64,000 nucleotides of DNA from Myxococcota bacterium (GTDB taxonomy: Bacteria; Myxococcota_A; UBA796; CAJQPC01), in assembly GCA_036229005.1 (NCBI GenBank), contig JAZAMN010000031.1, positions 32,001-96,000 on the forward strand. The letters are read 5' to 3'. Below, piece after piece: positions 28,515 through 39,714 of the stretch. The stretch's first letter is position 1; the number at the start of each line of letters is the position of its first letter. Position numbers and translations under genes: made by a program. The notes beneath the pieces were generated by a model. The model was not told the origin of the DNA. It saw nothing but the letters and a program-made list of their open reading frames with translations, and searched no databases.

Positions 28515-30530
28515 ATGTCTTCTCCCTCCGAGCCGGCCGCAGAGGTCGAGCAGGAACGACTCTACTTCCCCCCCCCTGACGAGCGGGAGTTCTCCTTCCG
28601 CTCCATCGTGGTGGGCTGCATCCTGGGCGGCATCGTTGCCGCCATGAACATCTACCTGGGCCTGCGCATCGGCTGGTCCTTCGGCGGCTCCCTCATCGCC
28701 GCCATCCTGGGCTTCTCGGTGTTCGCCAGCCTGGGTCGCATCGGGCTGCTCAAGACGCCCTACACCATCCTCGAGGCCAACATCACCCAGACCGCGGGCT
28801 CCGCGGCGGGCACGATGACCTCCGCCGCCGGCCTGCTCGCGGCCATCCCCGCGATGCGCATGCTGGGCTACGAGTTCAGCTACGTCGAGCTGACGCTCTG
28901 GGCCCTGGCCGTCGCCTACCTGGGCGTGTTCTTCGCCGTCCCCCTGCGCCGCCAGATGGTGCTGGTCGAGAAGCTGCGCTTCCCCACGGGGACCGCCGCC
29001 GCCCAGACCATCATGGCCATGTTCTCCAGCGGCGGAGAGGCTGAGCGCAAGGGCAAGGCCCTGATGCTCTGGGGCGTCATCGCCGCGGGCTTCACCGTGG
29101 CCACCCACTTCATCCCGGCCATCGAGCACCCGGACATCAGCACCATCGGCCTGTCCTTCATGGCGGCCTGGGGCTTCTCCTTCATCATCTCCCCCATGAT
29201 GATGGGCGCCGGCATCCTCATCGGCCCGCGCGTCGGCGTCTCCCTGCTCCTGGGCGCCACCATCGGCTGGCTCGTGGTCGGCATCCCCGTCTGGCAGGGC
29301 GGCCTGGCCTGCGGTCCCACCCTGGTGGACGGCATCTGGACCACCGGCGCCAAGCAGGCCTGCATCGCCCCTGGGGCGGTCGCTGGGTTTGTAGAGGCCA
29401 AGGAGCCCCTGCTGGCTCGCCTGGTTCACCTCGCTGACCTGGGGGGCACCACCGGCAACGCAGCGATCGCGGGCCTGCGAGGACACGTGCGGGCCATGGA
29501 CCCCATGGTCTGGAAGCACGGCGGCCTCAACGACTACGGCGTGGGCATCAAGGGTTGGATCCTCTGGCCCGGCGTGGCCATCATGGTCGCGGACGCCCTG
29601 ACCTCGCTGGGGCTGTCCTGGCGCACCATCCTGAACACCTTCAAGTTCAAGAAGGAGGACGGAGACGCCCTGGTCGACGACAGCGCCGACCAGATCCCCA
29701 ACTCCTGGTGGATCGGCGGCCTGGCCATCTCGGCCCCCGCCACGGTGGGCGTGACCTGGTGGATGTTCGACATCCCCCCGCTGCTGTCCATCGTCGCCAT
29801 CATCCTGTCTTCGGTGCTGGCCATGATCGCCGTGCGCTCCACCGGCGAGACCGACATCAACCCCATCGGTGGCATGGGCAAGGTCACCCAGCTCGTGTTC
29901 GGCGCGCTGGCCCCCGGCGCCATCACCACCAACCTGATGTCCGCGGCCATCACGGGCTCCGGCGCCTCCCAGGCCGGCGACATGATGCAGGACCTCAAGA
30001 CCGGGTACATGCTGGGCGCGCGGCCCAAGGCCCAGTTCAAGGCCCAGATCATCGGCATCCTGTTCGGCATCGCGTTCTGCGTCCCGATCTTCCTGCTCTT
30101 TGACGAGGTCTACGAGATCGGCGGCGCCGACCTCCCGGCCCCCGCCGCCCACGCCTGGCGCGCCGTCGCCGAGCTGCTGGCCAAGGGCCTGGACGCACTG
30201 CCCCCCGGGGCTGAGTGGGCCGTGCTGGGCGGCGCCATCTTCGGCGCGCTGCTGCCCATCGCCCGCAAGTTCGCGCCCGAGAAGGCCAAGGCCTGGGTCC
30301 CCAGCGCGCTGGCGTTCGGCATCGCGTTCATCGTGGGCGCCTACTACTCCATCGCCATGTTCGTGGGCGCGGTGATCTTCATCGTGTGGAAGCGCCTCAA
30401 GCCCGAGCAGGCCGCCGGTCTGTCCTTCGCTGTGGCCTCCGGCCTGGTGGCGGGCGAGGGCCTGGCTGGCATCGTCAAGGCGCTGCTGATGCTGGCGGGT
30501 GTGCCCACCCTGGCCCAGATGCTGATGTAG
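28515..30530 (+). CDS. OPT/YSL-family oligopeptide transporter
   Basis: NIYLGLRIG, LEANITQT, LRFPTG.A.A, GETDINP, DMMQDLKTG, PAP.A..W. Confidence 0.93.
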   Translation: MSSPSEPAAEVEQERLYFPPPDEREFSFRSIVVGCILGGIVAAMNIYLGLRIGWSFGGSLIAAILGFSVFASLGRIGLLKTPYTILEANITQTAGSAAGTMTSAAGLLAAIPAMRMLGYEFSYVELTLWALAVAYLGVFFAVPLRRQMVLVEKLRFPTGTAAAQTIMAMFSSGGEAERKGKALMLWGVIAAGFTVATHFIPAIEHPDISTIGLSFMAAWGFSFIISPMMMGAGILIGPRVGVSLLLGATIGWLVVGIPVWQGGLACGPTLVDGIWTTGAKQACIAPGAVAGFVEAKEPLLARLVHLADLGGTTGNAAIAGLRGHVRAMDPMVWKHGGLNDYGVGIKGWILWPGVAIMVADALTSLGLSWRTILNTFKFKKEDGDALVDDSADQIPNSWWIGGLAISAPATVGVTWWMFDIPPLLSIVAIILSSVLAMIAVRSTGETDINPIGGMGKVTQLVFGALAPGAITTNLMSAAITGSGASQAGDMMQDLKTGYMLGARPKAQFKAQIIGILFGIAFCVPIFLLFDEVYEIGGADLPAPAAHAWRAVAELLAKGLDALPPGAEWAVLGGAIFGALLPIARKFAPEKAKAWVPSALAFGIAFIVGAYYSIAMFVGAVIFIVWKRLKPEQAAGLSFAVASGLVAGEGLAGIVKALLMLAGVPTLAQMLM

Positions 30531-30534
30531 CTCC

Positions 30535-30590
30535 GGGCCCCCAAACCGCGGGGGCCCAGAGTGAGAAGGGGCCCCCGCGGGGGCCCCTTC
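30535..30590. terminator. Two GC hairpins between convergent genes (putative bidirectional terminator)
   Basis: GGGCCCCC-n7-GGGGGCCC and the perfect palindrome GAAGGGGCCCCCGCGGGGGCCCCTTC (30565-30590); no strong U tract. Confidence 0.6.
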
Positions 30591-30627
30591 GTGCTTGAAG
30601 ACGCCCACCCAAGGGCGGGCCCTGCGC

Positions 30628-31713
30628 TCAGGCCTGCTCGCGGCCCTGCTGAGCCATGTAGCCCAGGGTGAGCTGCAGGTTCCGCTCCACCAGGGGGATC
30701 TGCCGGGCCGACACACCCTGGGCCAGCGCGGCCTGCAGGTGGGTCGCCATCTGGGCGGCGAAGTCCTCGCCTCGGGCCGTCGCGGCGGCGTGCGCCAAGG
30801 CGGCACGGCGCTGCCACTCAGCCCGGACCTCGGGGTCGTCCAGCCCCTCAGCGGCCATGTCGCTGAGCACCTGGGTCATGTCGGTGACCTCGCCGTCGGT
30901 GGGCTCGTCGGTGTCGGGCGCCTCCATGACCTCGGCGAGGGACCGGACCATCTTCTCAACCAGGGACTGCTCCACAGGCCAGAGGTTGAACCAAGGATGG
31001 CCCGCCAGGGCCGAGGAGCCATCCAGCATCCCCTCCTCCACCTGGAGCTCGGGGGTCTGGGGGCCGGACTTGCCCGCCTCCAGCACCTCGGCGGGGACGT
31101 GCCCGGCAAAGTGCTCCCAGTCGTGGGGCAGCCCGCCGGTCAGGCTCTGGGCCTTGTCCACGGCCGGCATGATGAACTGCATCGCCTGGTCGAAGGGGAG
31201 CTGCGCGATCCAGGGGGCCTCGGACTTCATCTCGCGCACCATGCGGCGGAGCTCACCGCGGGAGCTGTGCCCGTGGGAGAGGTCGCGAAGGCCCTCAGCG
31301 CCGCCGCAGCGGCCCATCAGGATGCAGGTGCCCTCGTGGTCGGTCCAGGCGACCATGAACTCGCTGTAGCCGTCGGCGTCCGCCGGGCCCATCAGCGCGG
31401 TGGGCTCGGGGTCGATGGGCGCAGCGGCCAGGCCGAAGGCCTTGGAGGGGGCCTCGCTGACCTCCACACCCTGGCTCTTGAGCTTGTGCAGCCCGCGGCG
31501 CGCGGCCTTGCGAAGCAGCTTGGGCCCCTTGTCCAGCGACTGCAGCAGCGCGGTGTTCTGCTGCTGCACGGCGGCCTCGATGGCGGCGAGGGCCACGGCC
31601 CCGTCCACGCTGCTCAGGTCCACGGACTCCCCCGCCAGCCACTGCTGCGCCAGAGGGTCCCCATTGCCAGCGAGGAGCGCGTCCACCTGGGCCTTGTCGT
31701 ACTTCATTGCCAT
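30628..31713 (-). CDS. Hypothetical protein
   Basis: 361 aa ORF 6 nt downstream of maeB, host-like codon usage, KAARRGLHKLKSQG segment. Confidence 0.75.
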   Translation of the reverse strand: MAMKYDKAQVDALLAGNGDPLAQQWLAGESVDLSSVDGAVALAAIEAAVQQQNTALLQSLDKGPKLLRKAARRGLHKLKSQGVEVSEAPSKAFGLAAAPIDPEPTALMGPADADGYSEFMVAWTDHEGTCILMGRCGGAEGLRDLSHGHSSRGELRRMVREMKSEAPWIAQLPFDQAMQFIMPAVDKAQSLTGGLPHDWEHFAGHVPAEVLEAGKSGPQTPELQVEEGMLDGSSALAGHPWFNLWPVEQSLVEKMVRSLAEVMEAPDTDEPTDGEVTDMTQVLSDMAAEGLDDPEVRAEWQRRAALAHAAATARGEDFAAQMATHLQAALAQGVSARQIPLVERNLQLTLGYMAQQGREQA

Positions 31714-31719
31714 GGAATC

Positions 31720-33993
<2,274 letters not shown>

Positions 33994-34062
33994 GCAGACT
34001 CCGGTGAGGGACTTAGGCCCTATCGGAGCCCCCACACAAGTCAAGGCAGCCAGGAGAGCACC

Positions 34063-34458
34063 GTGGGAGAGCGCCGAGCCCGACTGGAGGCCCTGCTCAA
34101 GCTGGAGATCCGCCGGGTCACCGAAGAGCTGGAGGACCGCCGCGACCTGCTCATCATGGTCTGGGGCGAGCAGCGCGCCCGCGCCCCCTTCCTGGACACC
34201 GTCTACACCCGCTGGCGCACCCTCCCCTTCTCCGAGCTCCTGCGCCTGACCACCCCTCAGGTGGAGGCCTGCTCCGACTTCTACCGGGAGCTCGACCGCC
34301 TGCGCCTCTACCTGGAGACCACCCAGGACATGCCCAAGGCCCTGGCCCAGGTCTACGACGGCCACCTGGGGCGCCTGCAGGACCTCTGCGAGGGCGCCAT
34401 CGCCAGCTTTGAGGACTCCGCGGTGGAGTGGGACCTCGAGGCCGCCTGGGAGGAGTAG
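34063..34458 (+). CDS. Hypothetical protein (131 aa)
   Basis: GTG after AGGAG, host-like codons; genuine 3' part of the long shadow ORF 30595..34458. Confidence 0.7.
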   Translation: MGERRARLEALLKLEIRRVTEELEDRRDLLIMVWGEQRARAPFLDTVYTRWRTLPFSELLRLTTPQVEACSDFYRELDRLRLYLETTQDMPKALAQVYDGHLGRLQDLCEGAIASFEDSAVEWDLEAAWEE

Positions 34459-34480
34459 GCGGCTCTTCGGCCCGATCACG

Positions 34481-34795
34481 GCGCGCAAGCGGCCCCGAAC
34501 GCAACGGCTCCGCGCGCAAGTGGCCCCGAACGCAACAGCTCCGCGCGCAAGCGGCCCCGAACGCAACGGCCCCGCGCGCAAGTGGCTCTGAACGCAACAG
34601 CTCCGCGCGCAAGTGGCTCTGAACGCAACAGCTCCCCGCCCTCCCATTGCATTCAGCCCGACTTGCGCAGCCCCTCGTTGCGTTCAGACCGGCTTGCGCA
34701 GCCCCTCGTTGCATTCAGACCGACTTGCGCAGCCCCTCGTTGCGTTCAGACCGACTTGCGCAGCCTCTCGTTGCGTTCAGCCCGACTTGCGCGCC
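34481..34795. repeat. Two head-to-head tandem arrays of 31-bp units (5 + ~5 copies)
   Basis: Units GCGCGCAAGYGGCYCYGAACGCAACRGCYCC at 34481/34512/34543/34574/34605 and TTGCRTTCAGMCCGRCTTGCGCAGCCYCTCG at 34647/34678/34709/34740/34771. Confidence 0.95.
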
Positions 34796-34797
34796 CT

Positions 34798-35505
34798 TCA
34801 CTGCCCAGCCAGCCTCGCCACCACCCCCATCACCCGCTCCGCCTGCGCCACCGTCTGCAGCGCCAGCCCGCAGCTCGGCGTCACCCACCCCGGCCCGACC
34901 GCGCCCACCGCGCAGTCCTCGACCGCGACCGCGCCCCACAGCACCTGGCCCTCAAAGCCCCCGGCCTCCAGCGCCGCCCCGTAGCGCACCGTGTCCACGC
35001 TCAGCAGGTCCAGCCCCAGCGTGTTCAGCAGGGGGAAGGGAGGGGGCGCGCAGCAGTGAAGCCCCACGGCCCACCCCTCGGACTTGAGGGCACCCACCAG
35101 CTCCTGCAGACCCCGCTCCGCCGACGAGGACACACTGGCCGAGAGCATCGGCTCATCCAACACCAGCATCCCGGGGCCACCCACCTGCGCCATCCAGCCC
35201 CGCGCGGTCCGCAGCACACGCTCGGCAATCTCCGCCAGCTCCCGCTCCGCCGCGCAAGCCGAGAGCGTCACCGGCCCCGCGAGCTGCAGCTTGACGCCCA
35301 CCGCCTCCGAGCGCTGCACCCACTCCACGAAGGCCCGGGGCAGCTCGGGAAGCGCCGAATCGGGCCCCTGCCCGAGCCCCGCGGGGACCATCCCGGCCCC
35401 CAGCTCCGGCAGCCAGGGCCAGCGGGGCGCCCAGCGAAACACAAACGCCAACGCCGACTCCAGGTCAGCGTGAGGCAGCGAACCGACCCCGGTGACCTCC
35501 CTCAC
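34798..35505 (-). CDS. Short cobalamin-independent methionine synthase-like (MetE C-domain/UROD-like) protein
   Basis: TGVGSLP, P.LPEL, KLQLAGPVTL, LDEP, GLHCC, VTPSCGL. Confidence 0.7.
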   Translation of the reverse strand: MREVTGVGSLPHADLESALAFVFRWAPRWPWLPELGAGMVPAGLGQGPDSALPELPRAFVEWVQRSEAVGVKLQLAGPVTLSACAAERELAEIAERVLRTARGWMAQVGGPGMLVLDEPMLSASVSSSAERGLQELVGALKSEGWAVGLHCCAPPPFPLLNTLGLDLLSVDTVRYGAALEAGGFEGQVLWGAVAVEDCAVGAVGPGWVTPSCGLALQTVAQAERVMGVVARLAGQ

Positions 35506-37487
35506 GACCGGCCCCGCTGCCGCCAGGCCATGCCCGCGCTGCCCACCAACCCAAAGCCAAAGAGCACCCAGCCCCAGGCCCAGCTCCAGGGCCGGTAGTC
35601 AAAGCGCACCTGCTGGGCCCCGGGAGGCACCAGCACTCCCCGAAAGAGCCCGGCGACCCGCAGCAGCTCCGCGGGCTCGCCGTCCACCTGCACCTCCCAG
35701 TCGCGGTCGTAGCGGTCGGCCAGCACCAGCAGGCCATCGGGGGTCTCGGCGGGGAGCTCGATCAGCACGCGGCGCCCCTGGTCCACGAGCGTCACCGGGT
35801 GGACCTGCCCGTCCTCGGACAGGCGCCGGCCCAGGTCCTCCACCGGAGGGGTCCCCCGGCTCGCGTAGCCCGCCCGCAGGAAGTCCAGGCTCTCCCGCTC
35901 GTTGGCCGCCGGGCGCGCCCCCGTCGCCACCCAGGCGCGCGGCGCGTCGTCGTCCAGCGCGTAGACCTCCAAGGGCGTGGGCACCCCCAGGTCCACCGGC
36001 GCCAGCCCGTAGAGCGCCTGCGGGGCCAGCACGTAGCGCACCGCCGCGAACTCCAGGAGCTGCCGGTTCTGCGCGTTCACGCTCTCCACTGGGAACCAGG
36101 GCCGCCGGAGCTGCGGGTTCAGCGCCGCCATGAAGCGCTCCGTGCTCCGCTGCACCGGCAGGTCGTAGCCCCGCACGTCCGAGAGCCCGACCAGCATCCC
36201 GGTGTTGGGCTGCAGCGCCCAGTCGATGCCCACGACCCGCCCACCCGAGGCCCGCTCCGCCAGCACCTGCGTCCACTCGGCGGGTGCCAGGGTGACCTCG
36301 TGGGTGGTTTGATCCCAGAGGCGCGCGTGCAGGCCGCCAGCCAGAGTGGTGAGCCCCACAGCCGCGAGCGCCAGGGTCTGCTTCTCCCCTGCCCTCTCCA
36401 GCACCCGCTCCACGCCGATGCCCGCCGCCATCGCCAGCAGCCAGGCCCCGTGACTGCCCAGCCGCGCGCAGTTCAGCACCGGCACCGGGAGCAGCGCCAG
36501 CCCCAGCGTCCCCGCGTAGATCGCCCACAGCCACCGCCCCTTGGCCCGCGTCAGCCCCATCAGCGCCAGCAGCAGCGTCGGCACGCCCGGGTTCAGCACC
36601 CCGTCCGCCCACACGCCCGGCCCGCCGAAGTCCTCCCGCGCCGGGTGACCCGCCAGGTTCGGCCAGAGCAGGTCCTGGAGCTGGTTCAGCAGCAGGCGGT
36701 TGCCTCCGTGGGCGTCCAGGGTCGCCGAGTCCATCGCCAGATCCGCGAAGGGCAGCCAGATGGGGGCGGCGATCAGGGCCCCCAGCACGGTCGCCCCCAC
36801 CGCCTGGATCGTCGGCCCCCGCACACCCCAGAACAGCGCCCCACCCACGAGGACATGCGCAGCCGTCTCAGGGTGCCCCCCGCAGAGCACCCCGGCGACC
36901 ACGAGCACCAGGGGCAGCCCGCGCTCGGTCGTGCGCTGGTGCTCGATGGCCAGCAGCAGCCAGGGCAGGAACACCAGGGTGGTGGCGTGGGGGTGCAGCA
37001 GCCAGACCTGCAGTCCAGGGGTGGCCTGAGCCGCCAGACCGCTGACCAGCGCGCCGCCCCAGGACCAGCCCAGCCGCCGCGCCAGCAGGAAGGTCCCCGC
37101 GCCGAAGGCCCCGATGGTCAGCAGGCTCCCCAGGGTCTGCGCCCAGCGCATCGGCAGCAGCAGGTGCAGCCAGGTCCAGGGGCTCGCGGGGCGGGACTGG
37201 GCGTCGGCCAGCAGCGGCGCGCCGGCAAAGATCTGCGGGTTCCACAGGGGCGCCCGGCCCGCCTTGAGCTCGCTGACCACCGCCTGGGTCAGGCCCTGGA
37301 ACTGCAGCACCGGGTCGGAGAGCGCCGGGTTGTGGACGCGCCCGCCGGCCTCGGACTGGAAGGCGTGGTGCACGCTGCGGTGGTCGTCGGCGCCGATGCT
37401 CCGGCCCGTCAGCACCCCCGGAAAGAAGGCCAGCGGCGTCAGCATCAGCAGCGCCAGCAGCAGCCCTCGGATCCGGGGCGACCCCAT
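35502..37487 (-). CDS. YfhO-family membrane protein (putative GT-C glycosyltransferase)
   Basis: PLWNP.IFAGAPLLA, GHPE, DVRGYD, LLVLADRY..DW.V.VDG; many TM segments. Confidence 0.85.
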   Translation of the reverse strand: MGSPRIRGLLLALLMLTPLAFFPGVLTGRSIGADDHRSVHHAFQSEAGGRVHNPALSDPVLQFQGLTQAVVSELKAGRAPLWNPQIFAGAPLLADAQSRPASPWTWLHLLLPMRWAQTLGSLLTIGAFGAGTFLLARRLGWSWGGALVSGLAAQATPGLQVWLLHPHATTLVFLPWLLLAIEHQRTTERGLPLVLVVAGVLCGGHPETAAHVLVGGALFWGVRGPTIQAVGATVLGALIAAPIWLPFADLAMDSATLDAHGGNRLLLNQLQDLLWPNLAGHPAREDFGGPGVWADGVLNPGVPTLLLALMGLTRAKGRWLWAIYAGTLGLALLPVPVLNCARLGSHGAWLLAMAAGIGVERVLERAGEKQTLALAAVGLTTLAGGLHARLWDQTTHEVTLAPAEWTQVLAERASGGRVVGIDWALQPNTGMLVGLSDVRGYDLPVQRSTERFMAALNPQLRRPWFPVESVNAQNRQLLEFAAVRYVLAPQALYGLAPVDLGVPTPLEVYALDDDAPRAWVATGARPAANERESLDFLRAGYASRGTPPVEDLGRRLSEDGQVHPVTLVDQGRRVLIELPAETPDGLLVLADRYDRDWEVQVDGEPAELLRVAGLFRGVLVPPGAQQVRFDYRPWSWAWGWVLFGFGLVGSAGMAWRQRGRS

Positions 37488-37915
37488 CAAGCCCCGTCAG
37501 CGGGGGGCAGGAAGGGGGACACCTTGTCCAGGAAGGTCTGGGACCAGGGCCGCTTGCCGCGGCTCTGGGGATCCACGCACACCACCACGCGGCGGCCGCG
37601 GGCGAGCACGCGGTCTTCGTCCATGGGCATCACCTGGAAGCCGAACACCAGCGAGGTGCGCCCCAGGTGCGTGACCGTCAGGCGGACGCGGAGCTCCCCC
37701 ACCCCCTCGAAGGGCGAGAGGTACTCGACCTGGTTCTCCCGCACCAGGTGGAACTGGTCGGGGTTCTCCTTGCCGTCGAAGCCTGCCCAGCCCAGCTTCT
37801 TCCAGAACTCGCCGATGCAGCGCTCCATGAAGAGCAGGTAGCGGGCGTTGTGGAGGATGCCGAAGAGGTCCAGGTCGTCGAAGTAGACGTCGAAGACGGA
37901 TTCGTGGAAGCGCAT
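37487..37915 (-). CDS. Acyl-CoA thioesterase (4HBT/YbgC hot-dog fold)
   Basis: VYFDDLDLFGILHNARYL..MER, LGRTSL. Confidence 0.9.
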   Translation of the reverse strand: MRFHESVFDVYFDDLDLFGILHNARYLLFMERCIGEFWKKLGWAGFDGKENPDQFHLVRENQVEYLSPFEGVGELRVRLTVTHLGRTSLVFGFQVMPMDEDRVLARGRRVVVCVDPQSRGKRPWSQTFLDKVSPFLPPADGA

Positions 37916-38048
37916 GGGGGGCTCCTAACCGCCTGGAGGCGGAGGGGGTGGCCCAGCGCTGAGAGACATCAGCTTGACGACGACGGGGTTGATCGGGCGC
38001 TGCGGCTTGTGGTCACCTGAGATCAGACCACTGCCCAAGGGGGGGGGG

Positions 38049-38171
38049 ATGAACAGAACGCAGCGAGTCGCCCCGATGCCAGCCGGCGCCGCCTCCACCT
38101 ACCTCCCCGAAGACCAGGGTGGCGGACCCCGCGAGACCTTCACCTGCGATCTCGGAGCCTACGAATGGTAG
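38049..38171 (+). pseudogene. Possible 3' remnant of a secreted protein ending in a DQRG..PR...CDIGAYE-type motif
   Basis: Reads LPEDQGGGPRETFTCDLGAYEW*; preceded by a G10 run. Confidence 0.4.
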
Positions 38172-38944
38172 GCGCGGCCGGAATCCTTCTCTTGGGAGCC
38201 TGCGGGCCCCAGGCGCTCCCGGAGGTCGAAGAGGTGTGGACCGAGGACGCGACAGGGAACGCTCTTGCCGCCGACTACTACGACGCTGGGGAGGGGAGTC
38301 GACTGGTTGTGTTCATACCCGTCGTCTGGCCTACGGAGACCTGGGATCGCAATCGCTGGCCCACCACCCTACTGGAGTCTCTCCAACAAGAGGGGGTATC
38401 CGCTCTCGCGGTTGACCCCAGGGGCTTCGTTGCTTCAGGAGGCACCACCCCCGACCAGAACGAAGTCAAGCAGCAGGCCTACTTCAACCACAACCTGATC
38501 CCCTGGCTGGAGTGGGCAAGCGAGCTCGGCCACGGCCCCCTTGGACTTGGAACGGATGGGACCGACGGACACAGAGGCCAAGTCTACCTGGAGAACACCA
38601 AAGCCTACTCCGACTATCCCCACATCTCAGCGGTCTCCGTCGGAGGCTCAGGGACCAGCGACCAAGCCCCCGTCCAGCCATCCAACAATCCGGAGATCTA
38701 TCAGGTCTTCCACTGGTGGGACTACGAGCCCTACCAGGGCTTTGGTGAGCACCAAGAAGCGCTGATGGCCGACCCCGAGCCCACCTGGAGCTTTTGTCCG
38801 AATACGCTGAACTCGCCAGGAGATGTGCTCGAGGGCTACGAGAGCCTCGCTATCTACGTCGAAGAGGGCTCCTCCCTCGCCCAACACCAGGCCGACTGGG
38901 AGGCCTGCCTGGTCACCTTCTTCGCGGAGGCATGGGACCCGTGA
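38165..38944 (+). CDS. Alpha/beta-hydrolase-fold lipoprotein, tandem copy 1
   Basis: LLGAC lipobox; ALAVDPRGF.ASGG; highly similar to the next two ORFs. Confidence 0.8.
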   Translation: MVGAAGILLLGACGPQALPEVEEVWTEDATGNALAADYYDAGEGSRLVVFIPVVWPTETWDRNRWPTTLLESLQQEGVSALAVDPRGFVASGGTTPDQNEVKQQAYFNHNLIPWLEWASELGHGPLGLGTDGTDGHRGQVYLENTKAYSDYPHISAVSVGGSGTSDQAPVQPSNNPEIYQVFHWWDYEPYQGFGEHQEALMADPEPTWSFCPNTLNSPGDVLEGYESLAIYVEEGSSLAQHQADWEACLVTFFAEAWDP

Positions 38945-39714
38945 GCCCCGCTCTGGGCATCCTCCTCCTCGGAGCCTGCGGGCCCCGGGGACTCCCGGAG
39001 GTCGAAGAGGTATGGACCGAGGACGCGACAGGAAACGCCCTTGCCGCGGACTACTACGACGCTGGGGAGGGGAGTCGCCTGGTTGTGTTCTATCCCTTTG
39101 TCTGGCCTGGAGAACCGCAGGATCGCACCCTCTGGCCCACCAGCCTGTTGCTGCAGTTGCAGCAGGCCGGAGTCTCGACCCTGGCGATTGATCCGCGGGG
39201 CTTCGGGGCATCAGGCGGCGACGAGCCGGACCGGAATGAGGTCCAACAACAGGCCTACTACAACCACAACTTGATCCCCTGGCTGGAGTGGTCCGCTGCT
39301 CAAGGACACCGCGAGGCCGGATTGGGGAGCGAGGCTGAGGACGGCCACCGGGCACAAGGGTACCTGGAGAACACCAAGGCCTACCCCGACTACCCCCCAA
39401 TCTCAGCCGTCTCCGTCGGTGGCTCGGGCACCAGCGATCAAGCCCCCGTCCAGCCCTCCAACAACCCGGAGATCCATCAGGTCTTCCACTGGTGGGACTA
39501 CGAGCCCTACCAGGGCTTTGGTGAGCACCAAGAGGCGCTGATGGCCGCCCCCGAGCCCACCTGGAGCTTCTGCCCAAACACTCTGAACAGGGCCGGCGAG
39601 CTGCAGGAGGAGTGGCAGGTCGCAAACGTCGAAGAGGGCTCCTCCCTCGCCCAACACCAAGCCGACTGGGAGGCCTGCCTGGTCACCTTCTTCGCTGAGG
39701 CATGGGACCCTTGA
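38941..39714 (+). CDS. Alpha/beta-hydrolase-fold lipoprotein, tandem copy 2
   Basis: GTG start overlaps the previous stop (GTGA); IDPRGFGASGG. Confidence 0.8.
   Translation: MSPALGILLLGACGPRGLPEVEEVWTEDATGNALAADYYDAGEGSRLVVFYPFVWPGEPQDRTLWPTSLLLQLQQAGVSTLAIDPRGFGASGGDEPDRNEVQQQAYYNHNLIPWLEWSAAQGHREAGLGSEAEDGHRAQGYLENTKAYPDYPPISAVSVGGSGTSDQAPVQPSNNPEIHQVFHWWDYEPYQGFGEHQEALMAAPEPTWSFCPNTLNRAGELQEEWQVANVEEGSSLAQHQADWEACLVTFFAEAWDP

Noticed and set aside
33994..34647. N-terminal extension of MaeB through the repeat array
   Set aside because: MaeB homology starts at MSLKDDALDYH with a GGAG RBS; the extension is an open-frame artefact overlapping another gene
34481..34795. 31-bp repeat arrays as a CRISPR array
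   Set aside because: Units are contiguous, with no unique spacers, and no cas genes are in the window
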